A stretch of 64,000 nt of DNA from positions 18,751,120-18,815,119 of the forward strand of contig JAUZTB010000062.1 in NCBI GenBank assembly GCA_034780895.1, given 5' to 3'. The translations under genes were made by a program, and so were the position numbers. This DNA comes from Rhynchobatus australiae (Eukaryota). The notes beneath the pieces are model-generated. The model made no database searches. It had not been told where the DNA came from and worked only from the letters and a program-made list of their open reading frames with translations. This document shows, in pieces, positions 39,603 through 52,094 of the stretch (position 1 is its first letter; every line of letters starts with the position of its first letter).

Positions 39603-40805
39603 CTGCCAAGAAAAAATGTGGATAATTCAGAATACATCTTAAACAATCATCTGACAGGGGACACTTTTGTTCATTAACACTCAATGCAACTCCTTAACTG
39701 ACATCAACTCTATTCAATTTTACTGATTCTTTAAGTTGGGTTGAACCAGAAACAACAACAATGGATTTGTACTACAATATTTATACAGACAGGAGAGAGA
39801 CAGAGGGTGCACATGGAAACAGCCTTTGACCCATTGAGTTCATGCTGATCAACACACACTTGCAGAATCTGCCATCCATAAACAGCCCAAATGTCCAGGT
39901 GATATATTCTGGTGTTGATAAGACTCCAGCAACTCAAACTATTACTTCCTATTCTTACCTGTTATGCCTCTAGACTTTTCTCCCTCACATATGCATCACG
40001 CTTCCCATTAAAATATAGTAATTTTATTTAATTCTGCATTTAATGCTCCAAATTTCCAGCTCCCTGCATAAGCAANNNNNNNNNNNNNNNNNNNNNNNNN
40101 NTTATAATTATGCTCATTTGTTTGGGACTCAAAAGCTTCTCTGCATTGATCCAATTAAGCCCTTAGATTTGAAAACCTCACAGTTAGGTCCTGGCTTTTT
40201 CCGGAGAGAAGTCCTTCAGCCTGCTTAACCTTTTCTTACAGTCGAGTCCCTCTTTTCTGTAACACTTCAACAGTTTTTTTTGAAAGAGGTCAGAACAACA
40301 GAGAAATTCAAGCATGGCCCAGCCAAGGTTTATTTTAAAATGTAACCACAAAAATCGGTATGCAGTCCTCTAGTTCTTTGCACTCTTTATTCCCTAAATA
40401 ATTTGGGTTGCAATTCTTCATGATTCATAAAATCATTGGCTCAGAATGTCCTCTGAACACCACGGTATACACTCACTGCTCTGTTGTCTCCTGGTCCACA
40501 GATCTGTGTACAGATCTGCAAGTAGCAACCTTCCCCATGAAGCTATCTTCAATTTGGTTGGCATGGCCCTACAAGAAGCAAGGCCATCCATGTGTAATCA
40601 CACTGCTGAATAAGCCATGCCCTCAGCTGCACCTACACTCCCATCCATTCTGCTATCTGGCTCATGGTTCTAACATGCTAAATATAACCAGACCATCTTA
40701 TGTGGAACTCAAAACTTTCCTAAAGTCTTTTACCACTTTCTGGGTTGCATTCAAGTCTTTATGAAAATTCTTCATAAGATTTACCTTACAATATACTGCT
40801 CATAC

Positions 40806-40940
40806 CTTCTGCAGTGCATTAAGAAGAGTTGGAGCAATGGAAGCCATGTAGTAAGAGTGGAATGCAACTCCTGCACTGCGAACTTCTTTTGCGAATACTC
40901 CCTCCTCCTTTAGTTTGGCCACAAATTTACTCACAGCTTC
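40806..40940 (-). CDS. FASN: FASN exon 13 ([12 protein letters not shown])
   Basis: 135 nt; TTAG| acceptor, AAG|GTATG donor. Confidence 0.95.
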
Positions 40941-41687
40941 CTAACATGGGAAAAATCTTATGTTAGAGCATAGATGAAGACAGATCAGTAAACATGTCCT
41001 AGTGCCAATGGCTTGTCATCATTTCCAATTATTTCATATTCTCTCTTTTCAAATATTTTGCCAATTTTCTTTCAAGTTATATCATTGAACTGGAATAGAT
41101 GGATAACAATCTCCATTAATCTCTCTAACCATGCACCTCAATCTGCAGCAATTTTTGAATGGATGCAAATGAATTTTCTTAATATTCTTTCATATTTTAG
41201 TCAAAGAATATTACCTTTGCATACACTTATCTATGGAATCTCATCATTTTGCATGTTTTGGCTCTAGTCTGAATATTTTATTAAAGCTTGATCAATCTCA
41301 TTTAAAAGTAGTTAGTACTGCTGATCCAAATCAACTTACCTGGGCAAGACCCCATTTTGGTCTAATAAAAATCAGTTAATTTTCAGCCAAACTCACTTTT
41401 CTTTGCTTTTTGCTTTAATATTTAACGTAAACCAAAGTATGTTATTTTACACAGCTCCCCAAAGTGTCCTCCAACTTGCCTTTTTGTCCCAATTATTTAC
41501 TAAAGCCAGATCCAACACTTCATTCACTGTGACATATGTGNNNNNNNNNNNNNNNNNNNNNNNNNNNNNNNNNNNNNNNNNNNNNNNNNNNNNNNNNNNN
41601 NNNNNNNNNNNNNNNNNNNNNNNNNNNNNNNNNNNNNNNNGTGCACACTACTTTTCTAATTTTACATGGTTTTGCACCATTTCCTAC

Positions 41688-41782
41688 CTGTGGGCCAGAG
41701 ATGGTGACAGTATCCTCTGCATTGTGGCAGGCAGGAACCACCCCTTCTGGACACTGTGCCTTGCACTCCTCCCAGGTCAACC
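41688..41782 (-). CDS. FASN: FASN exon 12 ([21 protein letters not shown])
   Basis: 95 nt; ACAG| acceptor, CAG|GTAGG donor. Confidence 0.95.
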
Positions 41783-41916
41783 CTGTTGGATATCAAAGCT
41801 TTGCAGTTAAATTTTTAAAAAATACATCTCTTCCATATCTGACTTGTTAATTATTTACATTTGATAAGATGGGACATTTCCTATGAAATAAATGGCCTGC
41901 TTTACAATCCTTTATT

Positions 41917-42056
41917 TTCTGTAAAATGATGACCAATTGCTCTGTTTTAGACTTTATCTAACAGGATCTAGCTCAAGTCAAAGATCATCTTTTCATCTAC
42001 AACTGAAGCTTCATTAATAACAGCATGCGATCAATTAAACTGCCAAATGCTACAGA
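41917..42056 (-). ncRNA. Candidate intronic H/ACA-like RNA (speculative)
   Basis: Hairpin - AGAUGA (ANANNA) - hairpin - ACA in 140 nt, sense to FASN; a diverged paralog lies at 42475-42612. Folded by eye only. Confidence 0.3.
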
Positions 42057-43485
42057 CCCACCACCTTTCCAGGAATCCTGAAACTGTCAGCCTACATTGT
42101 AGCTGTGACGGGACCACTGATTTTGCATTCTATAAATAGAAAGTGGCCAATTTGGAATCAAGAGCAAAAGCCAGCTTCCGATAAAGAAAATGGATTCAAC
42201 AGCCTTGTAGCTGCATTTGCAGCATCAACACATTTTCCCATAAATTGTGGGAATTTATCTCCATACAGTTCCTTAAAGTGCTAAATCTGTTTCTGAGCCA
42301 ATTGTTCTTGTGTTCATGTGTCAGATATCAATGTAATGAAGACAGCAGCTCCACTGGGGATGCTCCAGTATCATGCCCTTCCTGATCAACATGATCAAAT
42401 CCAGATTAAAGTCACCTCTGAGCAGCACAGCAAACAGCCACTTTTTCTATTTTAGCACAAATTAAATCAGTTAGTTTCTGCTAAATTATGACCAATTGTC
42501 CTGCTTTTGGACTTGACTAACTTGAACTGGCTTCTATTAGATCAATTTATCTTTAATTGCAAAACTCAAAGGCAGAAACACAGCAGCAAGAGCAAGAGGG
42601 ACGCATTACAGATGCAAATTGATACGACTTTCCACTGAGCCACAGCAAAAGAACCAATACTTCCAGGTCAGGCATGGTGTGATTAAATGTCCCTTCTACT
42701 TTAAAAGTTCCTACACAAAAGTGTAGTTACTTCAATGTTTCAAACAAGCTCCCTAAAAGGAGGTTGTCAATTTAGCATCAATATATTTTGAATTAAGAAC
42801 ATCTGTTTTGATGTGATCCTCACTAGAAACTAAACTCAATTAACAATGTCGCTATGGACAGCATAGGAGATATCATATCATCAAGGGCTGGAGTCATAGC
42901 AGTTGGAATCCCACCAGAAGGAGAAAAGGAAATAAAGTTGAACCAGTCCTTATTTATATGAAAAGGGAAAGGCAATAAGATTTTCCTTTAAACTTGAGAG
43001 CAACATCTGCTCCATTGACAAGGGGCATTTGACTCCAGTTGCTTTCCACATCCCACACGTTTCATTAGACCAACTTGTCTCCCATTCACCCTCCACTCCT
43101 CTCTATGCCACAAATACCTTTACTGGGGTGCAATTATATCACTGCGGGTCACCCACATGGTCACTCTGGATTTGCCTTAATAATAGCATCAGCATGCTTT
43201 TTAACCTTAATAGGAACCATAGCAAATCTCATCCAGCCCTTATCCAACATCTCTGAATACCCTGTCCCAACTGTGTCCACTGGACAATGTCAGACTCAAA
43301 CTTAGTCACAGGTGCTTTTCAGATCGTTGTAAAACAAAGCCACTTGTAACAATCTCCCAAATGAGATCAGCAAGTTGACTGTGGCCAACTAAAGATTTTA
43401 TTGACCTCTAGTCTTCAGTTACCCATTGGAGAAATGTGTAAAGATTGACAGCTTTGTGATGCAGGGCGTTCGACCAGTCACTTAC

Positions 43486-43675
43486 CAACAGCAGCCATGG
43501 CCCCTGGTGGTAGTTTGGCCTCCTTGATACATCGCCCTCTCCAATAAGCTGCCAATATAACTTCTTCATGCGTCAGCGAGTCATCAGCATATCCACAGGC
43601 CAGTTCACCCACAGAGTGTCCGACAATACCAACTGGTTGCAGACCCATGGCATTCAACATGTCTATCTGAGCGAC
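43486..43675 (-). CDS. FASN: FASN exon 11 (MAT catalytic Ser GHSVG, Arg in AYWRG)
   Basis: 190 nt; ACAG| acceptor, G|GTAAG donor. Confidence 0.96.
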
Positions 43676-43758
43676 CTGTAGAAAGATGATAAAGTAGTCA
43701 CCCTAATGATTTTTGTTTTGAATGGTTGATTCTTTCACACCAATAGAGCATTTCTTAC

Positions 43759-43946
43759 TTGAATGGCAGCAAGGGCCACAAAGGCATGCACGGTGTCATC
43801 AAATGTTGTATCATCAGTGCTCATAAGGAGTTTGGATACTTTCAATCCAGTCTTTTCTAGTGCTTTGTCAGAACGCAGAATGGATTCACGAAATATATCC
43901 AATTTCATAAGAATACGACCCATTCCAATCCATTGAGCACCCATAC
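43759..43946 (-). CDS. FASN: FASN exon 10 (MAT start, GMGAQW)
   Basis: 188 nt; TCAG| acceptor, CAA|GTAAG donor; 83-nt intron to exon 11. Confidence 0.95.
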
Positions 43947-44709
43947 CTGAGGGAACAATATCACATCAGTAGAATCATTATCCAACAACAACCAATAGAT
44001 GTAAAATACTATGCCTTGTGGTTAATTGTCAGCTGATCAATTCTCTGACATTACTCCTCCAGATTCCAGTAGAATCAGAGGAAGGTGCTGTGGAGGGTGC
44101 AGGGTAAATATTTCTCTAATCAGAGTGAACATTCAGCAAAACAGAAAGAACACAGGTAGCAAGACACAGATAGAAGATAGAGAATAAGTAGTATACAATA
44201 CAGATGTCTACTACTTATAACTGGAAAATCAATAACAAGTACAGACCATAAATGATCCTTCCAGATAAAACAAATACTTAGCACAATTACTCCTAAAGCC
44301 TTTCATCATACCATTCCATCAAATTCAGAATAATGACCCTAATATTCACAAATTAAGAATTAATATTTTATTTAGGTACCTCTGTGCCACACTTCACTGC
44401 TGAACCCACAGGACATGTTAGTCTGTGCCTATTCCTTTTATCAACATTATTATTGCTTCAGCAGTAAAATTGTTATTTCTTGTCCAAGTTTCACAAGTTA
44501 TTTTGTGTTAATCAAAGCCAATAAATATCATGTTGATTAGTCGTTTCTAAGTCAGAGTTGATGCCTATTATATCCCACAAATTTTGCAACAAATAGTAAT
44601 AAAATCAAAATTGTTGCATCAACTCTATTTCATAATTAAGCAACACTCACACTTTGTAATATACTTTATATCACACCAAAAAGTCTTAGAAGTGATAAGA
44701 ACAAGAATC

Positions 44710-45140
44710 ATCACCACCATCAGTAGTATCTACAGGAGGCGCTGCCTCAAGGTGGCAAAATCCATCAAAGATTCCCACCATCTGGGCCATGCCACCTTCT
44801 TGCAGCTACCATTGGGCAGGAGGTACAGAAGCCTCAAGTCCCACACTGCTGGGTTCGAGAACGGTTACTTCCCTTCAACCACTCGGTTCTTGAATCAACC
44901 TGCACAACCCTAATCACTACCTCAGTAATAGCAACATCATGACCACTTTGATCATTTTGCACTACAGTGGACTTGCTTTTTCGTCTGTGTTCTTTCTTGT
45001 AAAAATTGTGTAAAATTTGTGTTTTCCTTGTGAATGTTGTGTATCTGAAGCTATGTGCCTGTGATGCTGCTACAAGTGTTTCATTGTACCTGTGTATACA
45101 TATACAGTACTTGTGCATATGACAATAAACTCAACTTTGT
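44710..45140 (+). mobile_element. Rex1/Babar-like LINE 3' end
   Basis: IYRRRCLKVAKSIKDSHHLGHATFLQLPLGRRYRSLKSHTAGFENGYFPSTTRFLN plus tail TGCATATGACAATAAACT. Confidence 0.8.
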
Positions 45141-45185
45141 CTTTGACAACGTCCTCCCTATTCTCAAGGGTTTTAAGGCACCAAC

Positions 45186-45645
45186 CTGAACAAATATACC
45201 ACAGTGGTCTTCCAGAAGACTGAACTTGCTGGACTTCTTTAGCATCTGTTTCACTTCCNNNNNNNNNNNNNNNNNNNNNNNNNNNNNNNNNNNNNNNNNN
45301 NNNNNNNNNNNNNNNNNNNNNNNNNNNNNNNNNNNNNNNNNNNNNNNNNNNNNNNNNNNNCTCAAACAGAGCTTCAACAGCTTCAGATGACCGGCCACAT
45401 GCTTGGACCAAACGTGGCAAAGCCAGGGGAACTGAAGGACGGACTCTTTTTGCATTAGGACGCAAAATGACGTGAACGTTGGAACCTCCAAATCCAAATG
45501 AATTCACTCCCACAATTCCACCAGTCACTGGAATAGGTTCAGTTACTACTCGGACACATCCATTCTGCAGAGCGGGAACATCAGGGTTGGGGGTTTTGTA
45601 GTGAATGTTAGGAGCCCATAAACCATGCTCTAGAGATAATACAAC
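45186..45645 (-). CDS. FASN: FASN exon 9 (KS C-terminus NSFGFGGSN plus linker); contains N gap 45259-45360
   Basis: ACAG| acceptor, G|GTTGG donor; frame consistent on both sides of the gap. Confidence 0.93.
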
Positions 45646-46487
45646 CTGTCATGCAGAAGGAAAGAAAGTTAAAATTAACCTCAGTATTTAAGAATATCCA
45701 TTTTCATTTCTTTGTAATTACAATTCACACATACATGCAAACACACCCTCATATATCATTGTGTGCACTGTGCAATGTAAACAGGAAAACTGTCTTTCCG
45801 TGCTTATCACTGCAAAATTTTAAAAAAAGGACATATCCCATTATAATGAACTGAATTTAAAAATGATGGAGACTAAGTCATTGTTCTTTTTTTTGCCTCC
45901 AGGCCTGCTCTTCAAAATAGCTGCCAGTAACTAGATATTACTGCCAACCTAACCCTTACTGTTATACTCAGCAGTTCTGCAAATGACAGAGTTGACACTA
46001 GAAATGTGTGGGACAAGTGCCCACAGACTCTTCACCCTGGTGTATTGTAGAATCACATGACTGCACAACTCATTCTTATCCAATTTCATATTTCTCAATG
46101 AAAATTCTTAACTCCATCTTTGTTNNNNNNNNNNNNNNNNNNNNNNNNNAAAGCACTCACCCAAAACTGAGTCTATGTTAATTTTCATACTGTAAGAAAT
46201 CAGAGCCAATATTTCTATTAAAATTTCTATTAATCTTTAGATTCACAACAGCGTTGTTAGATGTACACAGAGACATTCTTATATTAATGAACTTAATCAC
46301 CTTCTAATATACAAATGAAATTAATGCTCCATGGAAACTCTAAATATCCTTTTTTTTGAAGTTTCAAGAATCTCCCAGGAGATTCTTGCTTTCAAGCATA
46401 CTTATCCATATTGCCCACAGAATCCTAAAGGTTCTCATTTTCTACACATTGCCAGCTAGGATAACCAGGATAAGAGAGGACACTTGC

Positions 46488-46622
46488 CTTTGCTAATGCA
46501 GCTAATCCTGATGCAGGCTCTGGGTGGCCCATGTTTGATTTTGTTGATCCCAACAGCAAAGGCTTGCGATCAAATTGGCAGAAAACATTCACGATTCCAT
46601 TGAGTTCCTGTGGGTCTCCAAC
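46488..46622 (-). CDS. FASN: FASN exon 8 (KS His, [12 protein letters not shown]); GC donor
   Basis: 135 nt; GCAG| acceptor, AAG|GCAAGT donor. Confidence 0.93.
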
Positions 46623-47396
46623 CTGCATACACAACATTGAATGAAGCTTCATAGCCATTAGTTGGATACCTGCCAGCATTTAGCTGCCTTTTATTTGGCC
46701 CGCCACTTCATCAGCGCACACTACCCTTATAGTTGACCAGGCAAGTGATGGTATGCCCAGGAACTGGTCTTTTTGATGGTTGCAGGAAGTGAAGTATGGA
46801 TATATCTGAGACAAGTCCACTGTCCTACAGATCAGCACTGCAGTAGGCCTGCAAGAAACAAGTTTCAAGCTGCACAAGGCCATGACTGCAAATGATAGCT
46901 GCTTGCACCCTTCTCACAGGTCACACTCCAGCATCCACTGATCCAAACACAAGGAGGTAACCTCCTATGGACGTTCTGGGTGCCTTTGCTTCCTGATGCC
47001 ATTCATAGTTTTGCTATGTTTGTGACCCACTACTCTAGCACTCTCTTTTAGTGTATGCAATGCATTATATTTAATTGAAATATTCCTCAACCATGGCATT
47101 ATTCCTTAACCTATCCGAATTTTCCCCAGGGCTTCCAGAAAGTTATGGAAATAGTAAGAAAATTCTGAGGAAAAATGTCATGTCATTACACATGCTATTT
47201 GCTTGTGCAAGTTGGTGTGCCATCTGGCAAAGCAACTGGAAAGTCAGGTGGGAACTTAAGTGAGCAGGGATCCAGCATTCTGGGATGTGCTCCATTTGTT
47301 CCCTGGCTGAATGCTGCCCAACAGCAGGGGGAATCCTGCGGGACATTTGGCTTATGAATCAGGTATCGTGTAGACCAGACAGTTAAGTGGATAGAC

Positions 47397-47512
47397 CTTG
47401 GTTCCTGTGCCATGGGCTTCAACATATTCAACAGCAGCTGGCGAGATACCCGCCTCCTCATACACTGCCTTCATTAGTCTCTGCTGCATTTCTCCAGAGG
47501 GGAATGTTACAC
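47397..47512 (-). CDS. FASN: FASN exon 7 (KS His, EAHGTGTK)
   Basis: 116 nt; GCAG| acceptor, AAG|GTCTA donor. Confidence 0.94.
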
Positions 47513-48932
47513 CTGCAAATGGAAACCATAGGAACACAACTCTCATTACAACAGGGTAAAAACAGTCAACAATAATGTGTTATTGTAGATAAACACCACA
47601 CAATCTGTACCATGTCAGATCAACTAAATGCTCAATAACATATCCTATAAATAGAATGCACACCTGTGTGCCATGGTTTGCAATAGAAGTTTCTTGACCC
47701 TCCCCCAACCTTCCCTGGGCATATGCTACTGAATAATAAATGAATTTAGACAAGAAAATGTGTGGAAAAGGCTTCCCTCACCCTCAAAGGATCTGGTGAG
47801 ACACAGTACTGCTGTTTATGTCCTCTCCACACAGAGATTGTCAGAAGTGCATTAGGTGGATCAGATTTGTTCACCTGCTGCCTCTTGTAGCTAATATATC
47901 TTCCTACCCAAAGGCAGACAAGATTAAGACTTTTGAGGGACTCCAATGGGAACTCAACAGGATCATTAAGGCCCCCTCATTTCAAACTGACGTTGCCAAC
48001 ATGCATCAAAGATTTGTACATGTACAATTCTTTGAAAAGGCAAAATTGTACATTTTGTAAAGATCAAGTAAATTTCAGTTGCTCCAAGAGGTCATTGATA
48101 CCCATTTTATTAAATTGTTCCTAGTTTACAGTTTTATTGCAACTTAGCAATAAAAGACATGGCCAATTAGATGAGGGTCAAAGTTAATTTTATTTTGGCC
48201 ATGGAAAATAAATCACAAAGCTTTCCAAATGATTTATTTTCTGTTGATTCTTCATTGCTGAAACATTGCGCGATCTCTATTTGCCAGCATGAAAGAAATT
48301 AAGGCGGGTGAGTAGAATTCCAGACATGGTTCAGTGGCCACTGAGATTCAGTTTTACAGATATATTACAGTAAACCTCAACTGCAAGGGCACACAAATAT
48401 CAGTTTACGGGAAAGTTGTACATTACCACCAGGTTACATGATCTGTTAAATATAGAAATCAATTCAGTAAAAGCAGGTAATTGACTATTAAAAGATATTT
48501 TAGTGGAACTCCCATTTTCCTGAATATGTTTATATACCAGCTGCATCACTGCCTGACCAGGTATCAGAGACGATTGCTACTCAACTCATTAGGAATTATT
48601 TTTCTATTACTGCCTGAAGGACTGCACAGCATTTTGTCATATAAATCTTCTCTCTGCCGGCCTGGAATCTCCTTTAAGAATATGCCTAGAACTTTGCTGG
48701 TTCTGTGTGGTTTATTATGAATCAGGAAACTTACGTATCCTTTGCTGTTGCAAGTGTACAATTAAAATAAAAAGCAAACCTTTTTAATGTAGAACTGATG
48801 CATTAAATCTAAAAGAAAGTTCTTTGCATTAGTCTGGAGTCTGGGCTGTCCTGCACACCCATTGCAAGATTTTTAAGTTATCTGAACCTTTGCTCCCCCA
48901 AGTTATTATATCATGAAAATGATCAAGCACAC

Positions 48933-49055
48933 CTTGTTCTTTGTATCCATCCGTGTTGCTTCCTGCATTAACTACTGTTGCATAAACTCGCTTGGCTGCT
49001 GATTTCTTCATCAAAAGAACAACCACAGATGCTTCAGACCGACAGTAACCATTAC
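48933..49055 (-). CDS. FASN: FASN exon 6 ([10 protein letters not shown]...NTDGYKEQG)
   Basis: 123 nt; CCAG| acceptor, G|GTGTG donor. Confidence 0.95.
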
Positions 49056-49516
49056 CTGGAAACAAAAGACAATTTCACACATTTTGGGAGGGTTGGGATT
49101 TCAGAAAAAATTGACAAAAATAACTAGTATTTTGGCAAATCATTACTATGACAACTTAAATGCCTAAATACAATTAATAATGCAGAACGTTTAAAGGATA
49201 TGACAAATGCAATACAAGTAGGTAAACAAAAACCTCGCTTGTTGAAAAGGTCATCCTGTATTGGCAGCACACAAGGTCACTTGGCTCAAACCCAACTACC
49301 TAAAATTTTTAAAACAGCTACTATAGTCCAACTTCAGCTCCCTCTATGCATGTAGAAAACAAATGAAGAAATCACAATTTTAAACATTAAATATTATAGA
49401 AAGAAAATGTTATGAGAAACCTGCCATTTTCTTTTAAACTGTAAAGAGTTTTAAACATACATTGCATGCCTTTGACTTAAAGAGAAAAATCATACAAACA
49501 CAGTCAATTTTCTTAC

Positions 49517-49717
49517 CCGAGGCATCAAAGGACTTGCAGGATCCATCCGGGCTGAGCATACCCAATTTCATAAATTGGACTGATGTATTGGGTTTCAGCA
49601 AGAGGTTGACTCCTCCTACAATGGCAGAATCACATTGACCATGTCGAATTGCCTGGAAGGCATTTTCCAGAGCAAGCAAGCTGGATGAGCAGGCAGTGTC
49701 GATGGAAGAGCTGGGAC
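49517..49717 (-). CDS. FASN: FASN exon 5 (KS catalytic Cys, DTACSSS)
   Basis: 201 nt; TTAG| acceptor, G|GTAAG donor. Confidence 0.96.
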
Positions 49718-50087
49718 CTAACATCCAGATGAAAAAGCAAATTATTTATGGAACTCCTCCAAGGTACCTGCAAAGGTGGATGAGAGGGGGAATAAAAGTG
49801 CCTCTTTATAATATTCAAGCACCCACTTTGAGACGGGCTCAATAACAGTTATTCCTTCCTGCCTGTTTGTATATTTCTTTGCTTTCACCTCTCTCAATTA
49901 GTGGGTCAGCAGTACACCCTTTCAGTACCAAAAGGCAATATAAAAACAGCAAGACTATGGTTCCTGTTGATGGAAAAACTTCATGCCGTCTATAAAAAAA
50001 ACTTGTGCATATTAAATAGAAGTGAAAGAATGATACAAACCAAATAACGTTTCCCAGAAATCATTTTTTAAATTGAAATTTCCTCAC

Positions 50088-50261
50088 CTTTAAAATCAAA
50101 GAAGTAGGAGATCCTGTTTGCAAACATGGCATGCTGACAGCCAGTCATGCTGTATCCCAACAGCTCTTCTGGGTCTCTACTAAAGGCTTCAGCTGCTTCA
50201 GAGCCACTCACTCCAATCCAAACGCCAGTATTGGTACCTCGCAGACAAGTGGGATTTATTC
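50088..50261 (-). CDS. FASN: FASN exon 4 ([18 protein letters not shown]...[12 protein letters not shown])
   Basis: 174 nt; TTAG| acceptor, G|GTGAG donor. Confidence 0.95.
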
Positions 50262-51255
50262 CTAAAGAACAGATGCAGAATAAACTGGCTCACTTGGACA
50301 AATTCAAAACAAAGGGGAAGTGCGTAGTCACGTGAATATCTTTTGATATCAGGGTGGAAAAGCAAAAATGACATGTAGTGTAACATTATCGCTATAGGAT
50401 GGATGCAACACCTCCTCATAAGCTGGTTGCAAAGTATGAGAGAAGTGACCAAGTGAGAGAGAATTACACTCCATGAATCTATCTTTCATTGCGAAGTAGG
50501 AATTCTACATATCTACCATACCTCTGACTACAGATGGGTTTGGAAATGTGGTGGGGCAGGGTCTTATGATTGCCACAGACAATGTGATTACCACACATTG
50601 CCACATGTGATTACCACACACCACATCACTTGATGAATATATGGAGGGGGTATATGGGGGATACATGATACTTCCTCATGTTGGCAAATGGAAAAGAAAA
50701 TGACATCACATTATCTCACCACTTCCTTCCCTTTTCCTAATGCTTCTGAACTTTGTTTCCAGTACAGCAACCACAAGCTGCTGTGATGATGGGGCTGGTG
50801 GGTTAGGATGATTTGAAGCTTGCTATTTTCCAGCTACAACACTTTATCTGAGCAGGACAGAATTAACCAGATTGCTCTATTTTTATTCCAGTGTTTGAAA
50901 TTAACAAGTAATTGAACTCAAAAAATCCAGCTCTGGTGAAGAGGAATTATGGTTACCAGGTAAGAGTCAATTAATTTCCAGGCTAAAAACTTACTGGGCT
51001 ATTAAAGAATGAATAGACATGCAGTCAGCCTAGAAGACAATGCAGTAGTACCAATAGATAAATCTCAAGAGAATATTTATGGGCTACAAAGTTTTTTTTG
51101 GGGAAAAAAAAGGGATTGAACAAGATGCGTTTCAATTGATTTTAAAACAGCAGCCAAATTGTGGCATGAAAATGGAGCATCCTATTGGAATATATAATGC
51201 AGTATTTCCACAGCCCTACAACATATTTTCCACAGAAAGTTACAAGGATGCTTAC

Positions 51256-51408
51256 CTCCATCTACAATCGCCTCATACGTAGTCTCCAATATGATTCGGA
51301 GCTGTGGGTCCATTGTGTGCGCTTGCTTGGGGTGGACACCAAAGAAGGATGCATCAAACTTGCTGATATCCTTCAGTTTTCCACTTCTGTGAGGGAGCCC
51401 GTATAACC
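51256..51408 (-). CDS. FASN: FASN exon 3 ([23 protein letters not shown])
   Basis: 153 nt; CCAG| acceptor, G|GTAAG donor. Confidence 0.96.
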
Positions 51409-51464
51409 CTGGGAGGGAANNNNNNNNCAAAATCACGTTGAAGTTAGAGAATCGTTTACTTGCT

Positions 51465-51880
51465 GCTTAAGCTGAGACATTAGACCTGTCTGTTCTGTCA
51501 GGTGCTCGTAAAAGATCTCACGTCACTGCTTCAAAAGAAAACCAGAATTATTCCAGCAGTCAAGTGTTTATTCCTCCGATAATGTAATTCTAAAAAATGT
51601 AAATCATTAACATATTGTTGTTTGTGGAAGTTTTAGAGTCCGAGTCATACAGCTCAGAAACTGGCCCTTTGGCCCATCATATCCATGCTGACCTTTTTGC
51701 CCATCTACACTAACCCCATTTGCCCACAGTAGAGCCGTATCCTTCTATGTTACCTCCTTAAGAGTCTCCCTAAATGCCTCTTAAATGTAGTAATTAACAG
51801 CTGTATTTTCAGTATTACCACTGCTCTTACACTTCAAAAATATTTTGATAGCTATGGAGTACTTTGAAGTGATTTGAAAA
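51465..51880 (+). mobile_element. DeuSINE-like remnant interrupted by a minus-strand CR1 tail (~51637-51795)
   Basis: TCAGGTGCTCGTAAAAGATCTC...TGTTGTTTGTGGAAG | CR1 tail | ...TACACTTCAAAAA, colinear with the 18550 copy. Confidence 0.6.
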
Positions 51881-52094
51881 GCAAAATTTAATTAGTGACT
51901 TTAAAACCAAATCTTTTTGTTTTATCTGTAATTGAAGATTAGGCACCTCTTTAAAAGGGAATGAAAATGACAATTTCAGGCACTAATAACCATAGAACAA
52001 ATTAAGAAGTGATTATCTGCTCATTCTCTTAAATGAATAATTGTGTACAGAAAGCCGTTGAAAATCAGGAGAATTTAAAATATGCAGAATTATA

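Noticed and set aside
50581-50620. Short tandem duplications (also 58643-58675 and 25714-25738)
   Set aside because: Ordinary slippage duplications; not CRISPR-like and no sign of function.
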